DNA of 32,000 nt from Pseudomonas aeruginosa (GCF_001457615.1 NZ_LN831024.1:780001-812000); one strand, 5' to 3'; positions 17,170-26,564 are shown, numbered from the stretch's first letter. Notes: generated by a model not told the origin, from the letters alone. Numbers and translations are program-made.

Positions 17170-18000
17170 ATGAAGATTCGCCTGCTTGGCGCAGCCGTGG
17201 CGGCTGTGTTCACCCTGATCGGCAGCGCTGCCCATGCCGACGACCTGGCCGACATCCGCAAAAAGGGCGAGATCGTCATCGGCACCCTTGGCACCGACGA
17301 GCCGAACAGCTTCATCGACCCGAAGACCCGTCAGATCATCGGCTACGAGGTCGATCTTGGTACCGAGATCGCCAAGGCCATCGGGGTCAAGCCGGTGTTC
17401 AAGCAGATTTCCGTGGCGGCGCGTATCCCGGAGTTGCAGCAGGGCCACGTGGACCTGCTCGCCGCCTCGCTGACCCACAACAAGGAGCGCGAGGCGCTGG
17501 TGGATTTCTCCTATTCGATCATCGTCACCGGGCAGAAGGCCCTGGTGAAGAAGAACGCCGGCTTCGCCTCGCTGCATGACCTCGACGGCAAGAAGGTGCT
17601 GACGGTCAAGGGCGGCACCCAGGAGCCGAACATCCGCAAGGCGCTGCCCAACGCCCAGGTGGTCACCTTCGAGACCAGCCAGCAGGCGCTGCTGGCGTTG
17701 CAGCAGGGCAAGGGTCAGGCCTTCGTCGACGACGAGTCGGCACTGGTCAACGATTTCGGCAAGCTCGGCGCGGCGGCCGGCGGCTACGCCATCCTGCCGG
17801 AGAACCTGAGTACCGAGGCCCTGGCCATCGCCTTCCGCAAGGGCAATCCGCAACTCAAGCAACTGGTCGACTCGACCCTCGCCGGCCTGGAGCGCAGCGG
17901 CGCGGCGGAGCAGCTGTACCTCAAGTGGTACGGGCCGGGCACCAAGTCCAACCTCAGCGAGCGCCACTTCAAGATCGATTCCGACCGGATCCCCGAGTGA
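17170..18000 (+). CDS. Periplasmic polar-amino-acid-binding protein (ABC, family 3), 276 aa
   Basis: Signal peptide MKIRLLGAAVAAVFTLIGSAAHA/DD. SBP_bac_3-like body (GEIVIGTLGTDEPNSFID...GYEVDL). First gene of a four-gene ABC operon. Confidence 0.88.
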   Translation: MKIRLLGAAVAAVFTLIGSAAHADDLADIRKKGEIVIGTLGTDEPNSFIDPKTRQIIGYEVDLGTEIAKAIGVKPVFKQISVAARIPELQQGHVDLLAASLTHNKEREALVDFSYSIIVTGQKALVKKNAGFASLHDLDGKKVLTVKGGTQEPNIRKALPNAQVVTFETSQQALLALQQGKGQAFVDDESALVNDFGKLGAAAGGYAILPENLSTEALAIAFRKGNPQLKQLVDSTLAGLERSGAAEQLYLKWYGPGTKSNLSERHFKIDSDRIPE

Positions 18001-18084
18001 GCGCCTGACGTCTCTGCGTGACGGCGACCATGCGCGTCGCCGCCCGTCCCCTGTGAGTCCTCGCGGACAGCGTGCGCCTTTCCC

Positions 18085-18783
18085 ATGTTCGAGTTCGATT
18101 TCTCCCTGCTGCTGCGCGGCCAGTACCATGAGATGCTGGTCGCCGGCCTGCTGCTGTCGCTGAAGCTGGCCGCCGTCACCCTGGTCTTCGCCGTGCCGCT
18201 GGCGATGCTGGTGGCGCTGCTGCGCCTGGCGCCGTTCCGCGCCCTGCAATGGCTCGGTTTCGCCTATGTCGAGAGCATCCGCAACGTACCGCTGCTGGCG
18301 CACATGCTGTTCTGGTACTTCGCCGCGCCGGAATGGCTACCCGAGGACCTCAAGGCGTGGCTCTACGCCGGCAACATCGAGGCCGCCAGCGCTATCGTCG
18401 CGCTGACCCTGTACACCGCCGCGTTCATGAGCGAGGACATGCGCAGCGGCATCCGCGCGGTGCCCACGGTGCAACTGGAGGCCGCCCGCGCGCTGGGCTT
18501 CGGCTACCTGGCGAGCATGCGCCTGGTGATCCTCCCGCAGGCCTTGCGGATCACCGTACCGCCGCTGATCTCGCAAACCCTCAACCTGTGGAAGAACACC
18601 AGCATCGCCACGGTGATCGGCGTCGCCGAGCTGATGTACCAGGCCGGCCAGGTGGAGAGTTCGACCTTCCGCAGCTTCGAGTCCTTTGCCTTCGCCACCG
18701 CGGCCTATCTCAGCGTATCGCTGCTGATCACCGGCGCCGCCGCCTGGTACCAGCAGCGCTATCCGGGAGTCGAACGGCGATGA
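18085..18783 (+). CDS. Amino-acid ABC transporter permease (HisM/Q-like), 232 aa
   Basis: EAA loop [24 protein letters not shown] and multiple hydrophobic helices. Its stop overlaps the next gene's start (ATGA). Confidence 0.88.
   Translation: MFEFDFSLLLRGQYHEMLVAGLLLSLKLAAVTLVFAVPLAMLVALLRLAPFRALQWLGFAYVESIRNVPLLAHMLFWYFAAPEWLPEDLKAWLYAGNIEAASAIVALTLYTAAFMSEDMRSGIRAVPTVQLEAARALGFGYLASMRLVILPQALRITVPPLISQTLNLWKNTSIATVIGVAELMYQAGQVESSTFRSFESFAFATAAYLSVSLLITGAAAWYQQRYPGVERR
18502..18542 (+). repeat. 41-nt exact repeat, copy 1, within permease gene 1
   Basis: GGCTACCTGGCGAGCATGCGCCTGGTGATCCTCCCGCAGGC is identical to 19188-19228. It is codon-aligned in both genes and encodes [14 protein letters not shown]. 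Confidence 0.95.
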
Positions 18784-19484
18784 CCACCCTGGAACTGATC
18801 GATAGCTACTGGCTGTACTTCCTCGTCGGCCAGTACCCCAACGGGCCGCTGGGCGGGCTGGCCCTGACCCTGGTCCTGGCCTCGCTGGCGCTGCTGCTGG
18901 CGCTGCCACTGGGCATCCTGCTCGGCCTGGCGCGGGTCAGCCCCTGGCGCTGGCTGCGCTGGCCGATCACCGCGCTGGTCTTCGTGGTGCGCGGGGTGCC
19001 GTTGCTGATGGTGATCTTCTGGGCCTATTTCTTCCTGCCGACCCTCACCGGCCAGCGCACCGACCAGTTCACCACCATGCTGCTGGCGCTTGTGCTGTTC
19101 GACGCGGTGTACCTGGCCGAGATCGTCCGCGCCGGCATCCAGGGCCTCGACCGTGGCCAGTTCGAGGCGGCGCGTTCGCTCGGCCTGGGCTACCTGGCGA
19201 GCATGCGCCTGGTGATCCTCCCGCAGGCGCTGCGCAACATGCTGCCGTCGTTGGTCAACCAATTCGTCTCGACGATCAAGGAGACCTCCCTAGGCTACAT
19301 CATCGGCCTGGCCGAAGTCAGCTTCATCGCCTCGCAGATCAATACCCAGGTATTCACCCTGCCGACCCAGGTCTACCTGATCCTCGGCCTCACCTATTTC
19401 ATCCTGTGCTTCGGACTGTCGCGTTTCGCCTTCTGGCTCGAACGCCGCCAGGCGCAGCGTGGCAATCCCAAGGAGGCCCGATGA
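18780..19484 (+). CDS. Amino-acid ABC transporter permease (second subunit), 234 aa
   Basis: ATG 18780 overlaps the upstream stop (ATGA). EAA loop [24 protein letters not shown]. The track's 411-aa ORF is an in-frame upstream artefact. Confidence 0.88.
   Translation: MTTLELIDSYWLYFLVGQYPNGPLGGLALTLVLASLALLLALPLGILLGLARVSPWRWLRWPITALVFVVRGVPLLMVIFWAYFFLPTLTGQRTDQFTTMLLALVLFDAVYLAEIVRAGIQGLDRGQFEAARSLGLGYLASMRLVILPQALRNMLPSLVNQFVSTIKETSLGYIIGLAEVSFIASQINTQVFTLPTQVYLILGLTYFILCFGLSRFAFWLERRQAQRGNPKEAR
19188..19228 (+). repeat. 41-nt exact repeat, copy 2, within permease gene 2
   Basis: Character-by-character identity to 18502-18542. The flanking bases differ on both sides. Confidence 0.95.
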
Positions 19485-20224
19485 TCCGGCTGGAAAAGGT
19501 CAACAAATGGTACGGCGCCTACCACGCCCTGGCGGATGTCGACGAACAGGTCGGCCGCGGTGAGGTGGTGGTGGTCTGCGGACCCTCGGGCTCCGGAAAA
19601 TCCACCCTGATCCGTACCCTGAACCGCCTGGAACCGATCCAGGGCGGGCGCATCCTGATCGATGGCCAGGACATCCACGCTCCCGGCCTGGACCTCAATC
19701 GCTTCCGCTCGCACATCGGCTTCGTGTTCCAGCAGTTCAATCTGTTCCCGCACCTGAACGTGCTGGACAACTGCACCCTGGCGCCGCTCCGTTTGCGCGG
19801 CCTGAAACCCGCGGAGGCACGCCGCCAGGCCATGGCGCTGCTGGAGCGGGTCGGCCTGGCGGACAAAGCGGCGGCGTTCCCCGCGCGGCTTTCCGGCGGC
19901 CAGCAGCAGCGCGTGGCGATCGCCCGCGCGCTGGCGATGGAGCCGCCGCTGATGCTGTTCGACGAACCGACCAGCGCCCTCGACCCGGAGATGGTCGGCG
20001 AGGTGCTGCTGGTGATGCGCGACCTGGCCCGCGACGGCATGACCATGGTGGTGGTAACGCATGAGATGGGCTTCGCCCACGACGTCGCCGACCGCGTGCT
20101 GTTCATGGACGCCGGCCGGGTGCTGGAGCGCGCCAGCCCCGACGATTTCTTCAACCGCCCGCAGCACCCGCGTGCGCGGAAGTTCCTCGCCGACATCCGC
20201 ACCCCCTTCGCCCAACCCCTGTGA
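19481..20224 (+). CDS. Amino-acid ABC transporter ATP-binding protein, 247 aa
   Basis: ATG 19481 overlaps the upstream stop (ATGA) and follows AAGGAGG. Walker [10 protein letters not shown], signature [15 protein letters not shown], Walker [13 protein letters not shown]. Confidence 0.92.
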   Translation: MIRLEKVNKWYGAYHALADVDEQVGRGEVVVVCGPSGSGKSTLIRTLNRLEPIQGGRILIDGQDIHAPGLDLNRFRSHIGFVFQQFNLFPHLNVLDNCTLAPLRLRGLKPAEARRQAMALLERVGLADKAAAFPARLSGGQQQRVAIARALAMEPPLMLFDEPTSALDPEMVGEVLLVMRDLARDGMTMVVVTHEMGFAHDVADRVLFMDAGRVLERASPDDFFNRPQHPRARKFLADIRTPFAQPL

Positions 20225-20232
20225 GGAACGCC

Positions 20233-21237
20233 ATGAGCACTCCGAGTCTGCCGATCATCGATATCGCCGCCCTTGCCGGCAGCGACCCGGCGGCGCGACG
20301 GTCGGTCGCCGTGCGAATCGACCGCGCCTGCCGCGAGCAGGGCTTCTTCTACGTGGTCGGGCACGGCGTCGAGGCGCAACTGGTCGAGCGCCTGGAGCGC
20401 CTGGCGCGGCAGTTCTTCGCCCTCGACGAGACGAGCAAGCTGCGCTGGCGCATGGAGCTTGGCGGGCGCGCCTGGCGCGGCTATTTCCCTCTTGGCGGCG
20501 AACTGACCTCCAACCGCCCGGACTGGAAGGAAGGCTTGTACCTGGGCAGCGAACTGGACGCTGAGCATCCCGAAGTGCGCGCCGGGACGCCGCTGCATGG
20601 CGCCAACCTGTTCCCCGAGGTGCCCGGCCTGCGCGAGACGCTGCTGGAGTACCTGGACGCAACCACCCGCGTCGGCCACCGGCTGATGGAGGGCATCGCC
20701 CTCGGTCTGGGACTGGAAGCCGACTACTTCGCCGCGCGCTATACCGGCGATCCGCTGATCCTCTTCCGCCTGTTCAATTACCCGAGCCAGCCAGTACCGG
20801 AGGGCCTCGACGTGCAGTGGGGCGTCGGCGAACACACCGACTACGGCCTGCTCACGCTGCTCCACCAGGACGCCATCGGCGGCCTGCAGGTGCGCACCCC
20901 ACAGGGCTGGCTGGAGGCTCCGCCGATACCGGGCTCGTTCGTCTGCAACCTCGGAGACATGCTCGAACGCATGACCGGCGGCCTCTACCGCAGCACGCCG
21001 CACCGGGTGGCACGCAACACTTCGGGGCGCGACCGCCTGTCGTTCCCGCTGTTCTTCGATCCGAACTTCCATGCCCGCGTGCAGCCCATCGAAGGGCTGC
21101 CCGAGGTGCCGGAACAGGATGACAGCGCCCGTCGCTGGGACCAGGCCAACGTCCACGCTTTCCACGGCGAGTACGGCGACTACCTGCTGAACAAGGTGGC
21201 CAAGGTATTCCCGCAGTTGCGCCGCGACCTGCTCTAG
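20233..21237 (+). CDS. 2-oxoglutarate/Fe(II)-dependent oxygenase (isopenicillin-N-synthase-like), 334 aa
   Basis: ATG 20233 follows GAGGAA and lies 8 nt after the ATPase stop. Facial triad H-x-D in GEHTDYG plus the distal His in YRSTPHRV. The 2OG-binding R-x-S is in [10 protein letters not shown]. Confidence 0.85.
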   Translation: MSTPSLPIIDIAALAGSDPAARRSVAVRIDRACREQGFFYVVGHGVEAQLVERLERLARQFFALDETSKLRWRMELGGRAWRGYFPLGGELTSNRPDWKEGLYLGSELDAEHPEVRAGTPLHGANLFPEVPGLRETLLEYLDATTRVGHRLMEGIALGLGLEADYFAARYTGDPLILFRLFNYPSQPVPEGLDVQWGVGEHTDYGLLTLLHQDAIGGLQVRTPQGWLEAPPIPGSFVCNLGDMLERMTGGLYRSTPHRVARNTSGRDRLSFPLFFDPNFHARVQPIEGLPEVPEQDDSARRWDQANVHAFHGEYGDYLLNKVAKVFPQLRRDLL

Positions 21238-21239
21238 GC

Positions 21240-21269
21240 GCGCGGCCGGACGCTACGCTCCGGCCGCGC
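21240..21269. terminator. 11-bp-stem hairpin between the convergent oxygenase gene and pqsL
   Basis: GCGCGGCCGGA (21240-21250) pairs with TCCGGCCGCGC (21259-21269) across an 8-nt loop. There is no U-tract on either side. It lies 2 nt after the oxygenase stop and 8 nt before the pqsL stop. Confidence 0.5.
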
Positions 21270-21277
21270 TGGCGGGT

Positions 21278-22474
21278 TCAGCCGAGCGGCGCCGGCGACC
21301 GCACCGGCTGGTAGGAGCGCTCGCCGCCCAGGGCTTCCGGCGTACGGCTGCTGCCCTGCAGGGCGGTGTCGAAGACCCCGGCGAAGCGCTGGCGATCCTC
21401 CAGGCTGGTGGCCAGCGCATGGCCATAGGAGACGATCGCCTGGTTCACCGGGAAGCGCTCGGCCTGGTAGCCGGCCAGGGCATCCTCCAGCGCGCAGGCG
21501 TCGCGCAAGGCCAGGTCGAGGGCGTCGGCCAGGGCGCTGGCGTCCTCGATGGCCAGGTTCATGCCCTGGCCGGTGATCGGATGCACGTTGTGGATGGCGT
21601 CGCCGAGCATCGCCACGTTGTCCGCCCAGTAGCGGTCCAGGTTCAGGTAGCCGATGGGGATGCCCTTGAAGCGCGAAGTGCCGGTGACGGCGGCGATCGC
21701 CTCGGCGCTCTCGTCGCCGACGAAGCGTTGCAAGCGTCGGCGCAGCGACTCGCCGCGGGTGTCGGCCATCAGCTCGCGCGCCTCCTCCCTGGGGAAGCTC
21801 ACCACCAGTCGCGCGCGGTCGAAACCGATCGGATAGAAGTAGGCCAGCCCGCCCTGCGAGTCCACGTACAGGCGGTTGCGCTCGGCCACGCAGGGCGCCA
21901 GGGCGAAGGTGCCGACCAGCATCGGCGACGGGTAGGGGCGGCGTTCCACATCGATATCGAGCAGCCGGCGGCGCACGTAGGAGGCGATACCGTCGGCTCC
22001 CACCACCACCCGCGGACGCAGCACGCGGCCGTCGTTCAGGCGCACCTGGTCGATCGCGTGGCGCTCGTCGCGCTGCACCGCTTCGATGCGGGTCTCGAAC
22101 AGCATCTCGACGGTCGCTTCGCCGTCGATCTTTTCCAGTACCAGGCGGCGCAGCGACTCGCAGGGCATGAGGATGAAATAGCCGCGCGCGTCGACGCTGG
22201 AATAGTTGAAATAGCGAAGCAGCTCGCCGTCGTGATAGACCTCCAGCTCATGGCGGACCCGCCCACCGCGACGGGTCACCTCGGCCAACAACCCGGCCGC
22301 CTCGACCACCCGGATGCCGGCCGGCTTGAGCAGGTCGGCGCCGTTGATCGCGCGTTCGCGCCGTGCCTGCTCCACTACCACCACGCGGTGGCCCTGGCGG
22401 CCGAGCAGGTAGGCGAGCATCGCCCCGCCGATGCCGCAGCCGTTGATCAGTACATCGATATGGTTGTCCGTCAT
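21278..22474 (-). CDS. pqsL: FAD-dependent monooxygenase of alkyl-quinolone N-oxide (HQNO) biosynthesis, 398 aa
   Basis: ATG 22474 follows GGAGA; the 31-codon upstream extension in the track is rejected. Dinucleotide fold DVLINGCGIGGAMLAYLL. Motifs VVGADGIASYVR and GDAIHNVHPITGQGMNLAIEDA are typical of group A flavin monooxygenases. The N-terminus MTDNHIDVLING matches my recollection of PqsL. Confidence 0.85.
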   Translation of the reverse strand: MTDNHIDVLINGCGIGGAMLAYLLGRQGHRVVVVEQARRERAINGADLLKPAGIRVVEAAGLLAEVTRRGGRVRHELEVYHDGELLRYFNYSSVDARGYFILMPCESLRRLVLEKIDGEATVEMLFETRIEAVQRDERHAIDQVRLNDGRVLRPRVVVGADGIASYVRRRLLDIDVERRPYPSPMLVGTFALAPCVAERNRLYVDSQGGLAYFYPIGFDRARLVVSFPREEARELMADTRGESLRRRLQRFVGDESAEAIAAVTGTSRFKGIPIGYLNLDRYWADNVAMLGDAIHNVHPITGQGMNLAIEDASALADALDLALRDACALEDALAGYQAERFPVNQAIVSYGHALATSLEDRQRFAGVFDTALQGSSRTPEALGGERSYQPVRSPAPLG

Positions 22475-22617
22475 GGATGAGTCTCCGTGTCGTTCCTGGC
22501 GGAAAAGGGAAGGGTGGAGGCAGCAGCATAGCGACGGAACGTTATGCAGAATGGGTGTTGTCTGCACTTGGTCGCCTGTCCGGCCCGGTTGTCCGGTCTC
22601 GCTGCCAGGCGGGAGTG

Positions 22618-22635
22618 CCGGCCCTTGCGGGCCGG
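22618..22635 (-). terminator. Short GC hairpin after the aldehyde dehydrogenase stop (weak terminator candidate)
   Basis: CCGGCCC (22618-22624) pairs with GGGCCGG (22629-22635) across a 4-nt loop. It lies 6 nt downstream of the stop at 22642. No U-tract follows on the minus strand. Confidence 0.3.
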
Positions 22636-22641
22636 ACAGCT

Positions 22642-24132
22642 TCAGGAAGCGTCGATCCAGATGGTCTTCAACTCTGTGTACTGGTCGTGTGCCCAGACCG
22701 ACTTGTCGCGACCGCCGAAGCCTGACTCCTTGTAGCCGCCGAAGGGCGTCGAGGCGTCGCCCTCGCCGAAGCAGTTGACGGTGACGATCCCCGCACGGAT
22801 CTCCCGCGACAGGCGCAGTGCGTGGCGCAGGCTGCCGGTGTAGGCCGAGGCGGCGAGGCCGTAGACGGTGTCGTTGGCCAGGGCGATGGCTTCGTCGATG
22901 TCGTCGAAAGAGGTGACCGAGAGCAGCGGGCCGAAGATTTCCTCGCGGAACAGCCGGCTGTGCGGCGAGACGCCATCGACCACGGTCGGCTCGACGAAGA
23001 TGCCAGCCTCGGTGGCGCCGCCGAAGCGCACCGCCAACCGCTCCGTCCTGGCCTGGTCGAGGTACGCGCGGACCTTCTCGAAGTGCGCCGGGCTGACCAG
23101 CGCGCCGAGGCGATTACGCGGATCCAGCGGGTCGCCCATGCGCCACTCGCGGAGCTGCGCGCCGATGCGTTCGAGCAGCGCCTCGCGGACCTCGGCGTGG
23201 ACGATCAGCCGCGAGGACGCCGAGCAGTTCTCGCCCATGTTCCAGAACGCGCCGTTGACCACGTGTTGCGCCACCAGGTCGAGGTCCTCGACATCGTTCA
23301 TCACCACCGCCGGGTTCTTGCCGCCGCACTCCAGTACCACCCGCTTGAGGTTGGACTCGGCGGCGTACTTGAGGAACAGGCGGCCGGTCGCGGTGGAGCC
23401 GGTGAAGCTGACCATCGCCACGTCCGGGTGGCGGCCCAGCGGTTCGCCGGCCTCGCGGCCGCCGCCGGGGACCACGTTGAACACCCCGGCGGGGATCCCC
23501 GCCTGGCTGGCCAGTTCGGCGACGCGCAGGGCGGTCAGGCTGGTCTCGGGGGCCGGCTTGACCACTACGGAGCAGCCTGCCGCCAGCGCCGGGCCGATCT
23601 TCCAGGCGAGCATCAGCAGCGGGAAGTTCCACGGCAGCACCAGGCCGACCACGCCGATCGGCTCGCGTACCACCATGGCCAGCGCCGCCGAACCGACCGG
23701 GGCGGTGCTGTCGTAGATCTTGTCGATCAGTTCGGCATGCCAGCGCAGGGTATTGATGGTTTCCGGCAGGTCGGTGTGCTGGCATTCGCGGATCGGCTTG
23801 CCGCTGTCGAGGCTCTCCATCACCGCCAGTTCCAGCAGGTGCTCTTCCAGCAGCTCGGCCAGGCGCAGCAGCGCCGCCTTGCGCTCGGCGGGCGTGCGCG
23901 AGCGCCAGCGGCCGTCCTCGAACGCCCGCCGCGCGCTGGCCACGGCGTGCCCGACGTCCTCCGCGTCGCAGGCGGCGACCTGCGCCAGCAGCTCGCCGGT
24001 GGCCGGGTTGGTCGAGGCGAAGGTGCGGCCGCCGCAGGCATCGCGGAACCCTCCGTCGATGAAGGCGCGCTGGGGAAGGTCCAGCGTCGCGGCGATGGCC
24101 GCGTATTCCTCCCGGCTCAGCAGCTCAGTCAT
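22642..24132 (-). CDS. NAD(P)-dependent aldehyde dehydrogenase (PuuC/PauC-like), 496 aa
   Basis: ATG 24132 follows GAGGGTGG and overlaps the upstream gene's stop by 8 nt (ATGACTGA). An alternative GTG lies at 24141. Catalytic Cys context VVLECGGKNPAVV. The N-terminal region resembles gamma-glutamyl-aminoaldehyde dehydrogenases. Confidence 0.88.
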   Translation of the reverse strand: MTELLSREEYAAIAATLDLPQRAFIDGGFRDACGGRTFASTNPATGELLAQVAACDAEDVGHAVASARRAFEDGRWRSRTPAERKAALLRLAELLEEHLLELAVMESLDSGKPIRECQHTDLPETINTLRWHAELIDKIYDSTAPVGSAALAMVVREPIGVVGLVLPWNFPLLMLAWKIGPALAAGCSVVVKPAPETSLTALRVAELASQAGIPAGVFNVVPGGGREAGEPLGRHPDVAMVSFTGSTATGRLFLKYAAESNLKRVVLECGGKNPAVVMNDVEDLDLVAQHVVNGAFWNMGENCSASSRLIVHAEVREALLERIGAQLREWRMGDPLDPRNRLGALVSPAHFEKVRAYLDQARTERLAVRFGGATEAGIFVEPTVVDGVSPHSRLFREEIFGPLLSVTSFDDIDEAIALANDTVYGLAASAYTGSLRHALRLSREIRAGIVTVNCFGEGDASTPFGGYKESGFGGRDKSVWAHDQYTELKTIWIDAS

Positions 24133-25036
24133 GGCGGCCACCCTCGACGATCCGCGCGACCTCGCCCTTGAGCCTGGCGACGATCTCCGCCAGTGCCGCC
24201 TTGCCGGCCTCGTCCAGCGCCTTCAGCGGCGCACGTACGCCGCCGGCGCGCAGGCCGGCCAGCTCGCAGCCGTGCTTGATCGACTGGACGAAGTGACCGC
24301 TTTCGAGAAAGTCCATCAGCGGCATCATCGCCGCCATGATGCGCCGGCCCTTGGCGAAGTCGTTCTCGACCACGCAGGCCTGGTACAGGGCGAGGTGTTC
24401 GCCAGGGATGAAGTTGGAGCCGGCGCAGACCCAACTGCGCGCGCCCCAGGCGAAGAACTCCAGGGCCTGGTCGTCCCAGCCGCAGGACAAGGCGATCCGC
24501 GGGTGGCGGCAGGCCAGGCGGTGCAATTGCGCGGTGGAGCCGGAGCTTTCCTTGATCGCGACGATGTTGCGGCAGCCGGCGACGGCGGCGAAGAACGCCT
24601 CGTCCATCTCCACGCCCATCCGCGCCGGATAGTTGTAGAGCATGATCGGCAGGCCGGCGGCGCGATCCACCGCCAGCACGTGCTCGGCGATCTCCCGCGA
24701 GGTCGGCAGCGCGTAGGGCGGCGAGCCGACCAGGATGGCGTCGGCGCCGATGGCGCGGGCGGCTTCGGCGTAGGCCAGCGAGTCCTCGGTGCGGATCGCG
24801 CCGGTTCCCACCACCAGCGGCAGGCGCCCGGCGATGACTTCGCTGGCGTGGGCGGCGAGGGCCAGGCGTTCCTCGGCGGTGTGCGCGTAGTACTCGCCGG
24901 TGGAGCCGCCGATCACGATGCCGTGCACCTTCGACTCGACGAGAAACTCCAGGACCTCGGCGAAGGCCTGGGTGTCGATGCTGCCGTCGGCGCTCAGCGG
25001 GGTGATGGCGGGGGTATAGATACCTTCGAATTTCAC
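24125..25036 (-). CDS. DHDPS/N-acetylneuraminate-lyase family (class I aldolase-type) enzyme, 303 aa
   Basis: GTG start at 25036, 5 nt after AGGAGGAA. Family motifs GGSTGEYY and the Schiff-base lysine context IVAIKESSGS. Confidence 0.85.
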   Translation of the reverse strand: MKFEGIYTPAITPLSADGSIDTQAFAEVLEFLVESKVHGIVIGGSTGEYYAHTAEERLALAAHASEVIAGRLPLVVGTGAIRTEDSLAYAEAARAIGADAILVGSPPYALPTSREIAEHVLAVDRAAGLPIMLYNYPARMGVEMDEAFFAAVAGCRNIVAIKESSGSTAQLHRLACRHPRIALSCGWDDQALEFFAWGARSWVCAGSNFIPGEHLALYQACVVENDFAKGRRIMAAMMPLMDFLESGHFVQSIKHGCELAGLRAGGVRAPLKALDEAGKAALAEIVARLKGEVARIVEGGRHD

Positions 25037-25100
25037 GGGGGTTCCTCCTGTGGGATGCTGGGCCGCGGCGCACCCGGCGGACGCTGCCGCGGCGGGTGGT

Positions 25101-26429
25101 TCAGGTGAGCGAAGCCGCCTGCTGCAGGTTCAGCGAACGGGTTTCCGGCGCCAGGGCCCAGGTCACGAGCAGCCCGAGCAGGGTCACCAGCGCGGCGGCG
25201 TACATGGTCTGGGCGGTACCCAGGGTTTCCAGGGAAAGCGGCACCAGGTAGGTGCCCACCGCGGCGCCGACGCGCGATAACGAGGTGCCGACGCCGACCG
25301 CGAAGGCGCGGATCTCGGTGGGGAACAGTTCGTTCGGGTAGACCAGTTGCAGCACCTGGGCGCCGCCGATGAACAGCGCGTAGGCACCGAACAGGCCGAG
25401 GATGGTCGCCTCCGAGCCGGCGTGGAAGACGCCCAGCCCGAGCAGCGCCAGGCCGGACCAGAGGAAGCTGTGCAGCAGCATGCAGCGCCGGCCGATGCGG
25501 TTGATCAGGCGGGTGGCGATGATGCAGCCGATGACGAACAGCAGGGTGATCGCCACCGAACCGTAGGAGGCCCAGTCGCCCTTCAGGTTCAGCGCCAGCA
25601 GCACCTTGGGCGCGAAGGCGTAGACGGCGAACACGGGGATCACCGAGCAGGTCCAGAACAGGGTGACGAAGAGCATGCGCTTGCCGTAGCCGGCGTAGAG
25701 CAGGTGCCAGATGGTGACCTTCCGTTCCAGCGCCTGTTCGGGCAGGTTCTCCAGCGAGAAGGCTTCTCCGTAGACCTGGCGGATGACCCGCTCTGCGTCC
25801 GCGTCGCGGCCCTTGCTCAGCAGCCAGCGCGGCGACTCGGGGGTGCCGATGCGTAGCAGGAACAGCACGGCACCGATCGCCGCGGTGCTGGCCAGTACCA
25901 GGCGCCAGTCGTCCTCGCCGCCGCTGCGCAGGATCAGGTCGCCGACCAGGTAGGCGAAGGCGGCGCCGGCGAACCAGAGGATGGTCAGGGTGGCCAGGCG
26001 CGGTCCGCGATACTTCTTCGGCAGGAACTCCACCAGCAAGGCGGTGGCGACCGGGTACTCGATGCCCACCGCCACGCCGATCAGGAAGCGCAGGACGAAC
26101 AGCGCCGCCGCCGAGTCGACCCCGTACTGCGCCAGGGAAGCGAGGACGAACAGGCTGGGGCCGACGAAGAACAGCCTGCGGCGGCCCAGGCGGTCGGTCA
26201 GCCAGCCGCCGAGGAAACCGCCGAAGAAGATGCCGACCAGCGCCGAGGCGGCGATCATGCCCTGCCAGAAACTGCTCAGTTGCAATGCCGCGGTCATCTG
26301 CAGCATCGCCACGCCGATGATGCTCAGCACGTAGCCGTCGACGAAGGAGCCGCCGCCGGAGCGCAGGGTCAACAGCCGGTGGAAGGCGTTGAGGGGTACG
26401 TCTTCGATCGAGGTCGTAGGATTTGTCAT
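25101..26429 (-). CDS. MFS transporter (sugar-porter/metabolite:H+ symporter-like), 442 aa
   Basis: AGGAGA lies 5 nt before ATG 26429. MFS motif A GGWLTDRLGRRRLF. About 12 hydrophobic segments. Confidence 0.88.
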   Translation of the reverse strand: MTNPTTSIEDVPLNAFHRLLTLRSGGGSFVDGYVLSIIGVAMLQMTAALQLSSFWQGMIAASALVGIFFGGFLGGWLTDRLGRRRLFFVGPSLFVLASLAQYGVDSAAALFVLRFLIGVAVGIEYPVATALLVEFLPKKYRGPRLATLTILWFAGAAFAYLVGDLILRSGGEDDWRLVLASTAAIGAVLFLLRIGTPESPRWLLSKGRDADAERVIRQVYGEAFSLENLPEQALERKVTIWHLLYAGYGKRMLFVTLFWTCSVIPVFAVYAFAPKVLLALNLKGDWASYGSVAITLLFVIGCIIATRLINRIGRRCMLLHSFLWSGLALLGLGVFHAGSEATILGLFGAYALFIGGAQVLQLVYPNELFPTEIRAFAVGVGTSLSRVGAAVGTYLVPLSLETLGTAQTMYAAALVTLLGLLVTWALAPETRSLNLQQAASLT

Positions 26430-26564
26430 TATTGTCTCCTGGTTCTAACCGCTGCCGGTGAATTCGGGCCGAGCGAATCCGCGAGGCTGGAACGCTCTCC
26501 AGCTCCGGTCTTCAATGGCCGTCTGAATCGAAGTCGGCGCCCGCGGGCGCGTTCCTAGGGATGC

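Noticed and set aside
16185-17315. 376-aa minus-strand ORF across bfiR and the promoter of the ABC operon
   Set aside because: It runs through an AT-rich intergenic promoter and is antisense to a canonical REC-LuxR regulator. It has no recognisable domain.
19519-21165. 548-aa minus-strand ORF antisense to the ABC ATPase and oxygenase genes; also the 273-aa ORF (19394-20215)
   Set aside because: It crosses two well-supported plus-strand genes carrying Walker and 2OG motifs. Its composition is typical of a shadow ORF.
22545-22566. TGCAGA-N10-TCTGCA inverted repeat upstream of pqsL as a possible operator
   Set aside because: About one 6-bp inverted repeat with a spacer of 20 nt or less is expected by chance in a 167-bp gap (my rough estimate). 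There is no second copy and no match to a binding motif I know.
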